This document shows, in pieces, positions 62,121 through 64,000 of a stretch of DNA of 64,000 nt. The position numbers were made by a program, and so were the translations under genes. The notes under the pieces are model-generated. The model was given only the letters and a program-made list of their open reading frames with translations, ran no database searches and was not told the DNA's origin. Source of the stretch: Minisyncoccota bacterium (GTDB lineage: Bacteria > Patescibacteriota > Minisyncoccia > UBA6257 > 2-01-FULL-56-20); assembly GCA_025449695.1 (NCBI GenBank), contig JANWIW010000027.1:283-64282 (forward strand), written 5' to 3'. Position 1 is the first letter of the stretch, and every line of letters starts with the position of its first letter.

Positions 62121-62330
62121 GTGGAACAGGCAGCACTCGTGACAAGTCTCCAAGGCTTCAAGGGCCAGATCGTAAACCTCGCCTTCAACAACGGCGATGA
62201 GTTGTTGGGTTGCTTTGTGTGCGCCGTGTTCAAAAGCGTTGCGCGTCCAGGCGCCTGGGTCGTGATCATCGACAACGGCAAGCAACAGAGCCTCGACATT
62301 GCGACCATCAAAGATGTCCAGTCCGTATAG
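62121..62330 (+). CDS. Small orphan protein (69 aa)
   Basis: SD GAGGAGG before GTG; hairpin at 62367-62410 downstream. Confidence 0.65.
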   Translation: MEQAALVTSLQGFKGQIVNLAFNNGDELLGCFVCAVFKSVARPGAWVVIIDNGKQQSLDIATIKDVQSV

Positions 62331-62693
62331 CGAGGCGTCGAGAAAATGACTGAACAGCCAGTACTAAGGCTGCGGAATGGGACGGCTTCGGCCTCGCCCG
62401 CCGCAGCCTCTCATTTTTCATGATCGAGTTGAGCAATGCGGACGTATTGGATCAATGAAAGAATAAAATGGTGTTGTGCGTGGCGCGGGCCACGCACAAC
62501 ACCATGAGGATTGAAAGAGCGAGGAGCGCTTTATTGCGAATACGCATGCCTCCATGATCAGACAGGGGAATTGGGGCAAACCGAACCGTGGACAGGTACT
62601 TACCACACCACTTATTACAAAAAAAGCAAGTGACTACCACAGTGAGGGTTTTCCGTGTATATTCAATGCAATATAAAAATCAACCTAAAACAC

Positions 62694-62948
62694 ATGGCCA
62701 AAGAAAATTCCGCATTCATGAAGCCGATGAACATAAGCGCCGACCTCGCGGCCGTCATTGGCAAAGGTCCCATGCCGAGAGCGCAGGTCGTGAAGAAGCT
62801 CTGGGAGTACATCAAAAAGAATAACCTGCAGGACGCGAAGAATAAGCGGAACATCAATGCCGACGAGAACCTGAAGAAGGTCTTTGACGGCAAGGCGACG
62901 GTGAACATGTTCGAAATGACGAAGCTCGTCTCGAAGCATCTTTCCTAG
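62694..62948 (+). CDS. Stand-alone SWIB/MDM2-domain protein
   Basis: SADLAAVIG..PMPRAQVVKKLWEYIKKNNLQD..NKRNINAD..MFEMTK. Confidence 0.93.
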   Translation: MAKENSAFMKPMNISADLAAVIGKGPMPRAQVVKKLWEYIKKNNLQDAKNKRNINADENLKKVFDGKATVNMFEMTKLVSKHLS

Positions 62949-63024
62949 GAGACCGTTGCCTGCGAACGCGAAGCTGCATCCGCCGTAAGGCGGGTTTAGC
63001 TTTAGCGAACCTGCGCGCATGCCG

Positions 63025-63927
63025 CTACTGCACGAAGAAGCCGCCGATCGCGAGCAGCGCGATGCCGCCCAGTTTGAAGGCAAGCCGCTTGCCGGAGAAC
63101 TCCTCTTCCGCCTTGAACCCGAGCTCCTGCTGCAGGACGAACACGACGCCGAGCAGGATGACGGGATAGAGCGCGCTCAGGGCCTGGACCTGAGAGATCG
63201 TCGCGAGGATCATCGCGCGAAGCCAGAGGAGCGACGCCAGGGCATCGAACCCTTTGCTGATCGTCACGTTCCACAAATAGTGCTTCTCCCGCGCCACGCG
63301 CCAGAGCGCCGCATGGTCCTTCTTGATGATGAGCGGCGGCAGAAAAGCGATCATCATGATGATCCACAGGCTGAAGTAAAAGCTCGGCTCGTTCAAGCCC
63401 TGGCCCTGGAAGTGATACTTGAACCCATAGTATTCGACGACGCCCAGCGCGAAGTTGTAGAGGAAGATCCCCCAGACCAGCGGGGTGAACTCCTTCCGGA
63501 AGCGGAACTTGCCGGGCACGACGACGAACATGAGGCCGCCCGTGACGAGAAGGAGGATGCCGAGCATCTGGAGCGTGGTGAGTCCGAGATGCAGTATTAC
63601 CACGTCGATCAGGAGGTAGAGGAACGGGGCGGCATATGAGATCGCCGCCTCGCTCGTGATCTCGATGCGCTTCAGGAGATAGGTGTAAAAGATGGCGTTG
63701 CCGGTCCAGAGGATGCCTATGACGACCATGAGAGGGGAGAAAGAGACTTCGATCGTCCCGAAAAGGCCAACGAGGCCGAACGCGCCGATCCACAGGCCCC
63801 ACACGAAATTGCGCCATATGGTGGCGGCGAGCGTATCTATCGCCTTGTCGCTTACTACTACGATCTTGTCCACGGTGTCCCCGAAAGCGCCGAGGACGAG
63901 CGATCCCGCTGCCAATAGCGACCACAT
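63025..63927 (-). CDS. EamA/DMT-family membrane transporter
   Basis: About ten hydrophobic helices in two repeats; start could be 63966. Confidence 0.75.
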   Translation of the reverse strand: MWSLLAAGSLVLGAFGDTVDKIVVVSDKAIDTLAATIWRNFVWGLWIGAFGLVGLFGTIEVSFSPLMVVIGILWTGNAIFYTYLLKRIEITSEAAISYAAPFLYLLIDVVILHLGLTTLQMLGILLLVTGGLMFVVVPGKFRFRKEFTPLVWGIFLYNFALGVVEYYGFKYHFQGQGLNEPSFYFSLWIIMMIAFLPPLIIKKDHAALWRVAREKHYLWNVTISKGFDALASLLWLRAMILATISQVQALSALYPVILLGVVFVLQQELGFKAEEEFSGKRLAFKLGGIALLAIGGFFVQ

Positions 63928-64000
63928 GTCCTTTATTGTATCCTTTTTAGCAAGGTTAGGTTTCAATGAATTGTCCCCATTGACACCTCGCCGGAGTTTG

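Overview
High-GC bacterial chromosome segment using the standard genetic code. It is most likely a Patescibacteria (CPR)/Parcubacteria-type organism; this is an inference from the short IF-2, two-domain ThyX, archaeal-type UMP kinase, the Cys-rich paralog array and mostly SD-less core genes. Contents in order: a surface-polysaccharide cluster (1-14 kb); dsbA, grx-trxB and CIRCE-controlled groES-groEL; thyX-folA; a candidate 6S-like RNA; lemA-[four-helix-bundle gene]-htpX, pyrH; tRNA-Ser(GGA) followed by a TIR-domain gene; four tandem ~570-aa Cys-rich paralogs; dus, maf, NUDIX, an ATP-grasp ligase, a pfkB kinase, ahcY, gdh; tRNA-Leu and tRNA-Cys, rbfA, infB; and an accessory region after tRNA-Ser(GCT). 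The most interesting signals are non-coding: (1) inverted 9-mer repeat arms found both flanking the four-helix-bundle gene and empty at three other operon junctions; (2) near-identical DNA at the junctions of otherwise diverged Cys-rich genes; (3) a recurring promoter/boxA-like/long hairpin/SD leader before six accessory genes, contrasting with apparently leaderless core genes; (4) three att-like scars downstream of tRNA-Ser(GCT); (5) REP-like palindromes nested in each other and inserted in frame into folA and infB. All calls come from reading the sequence; no searches were run.
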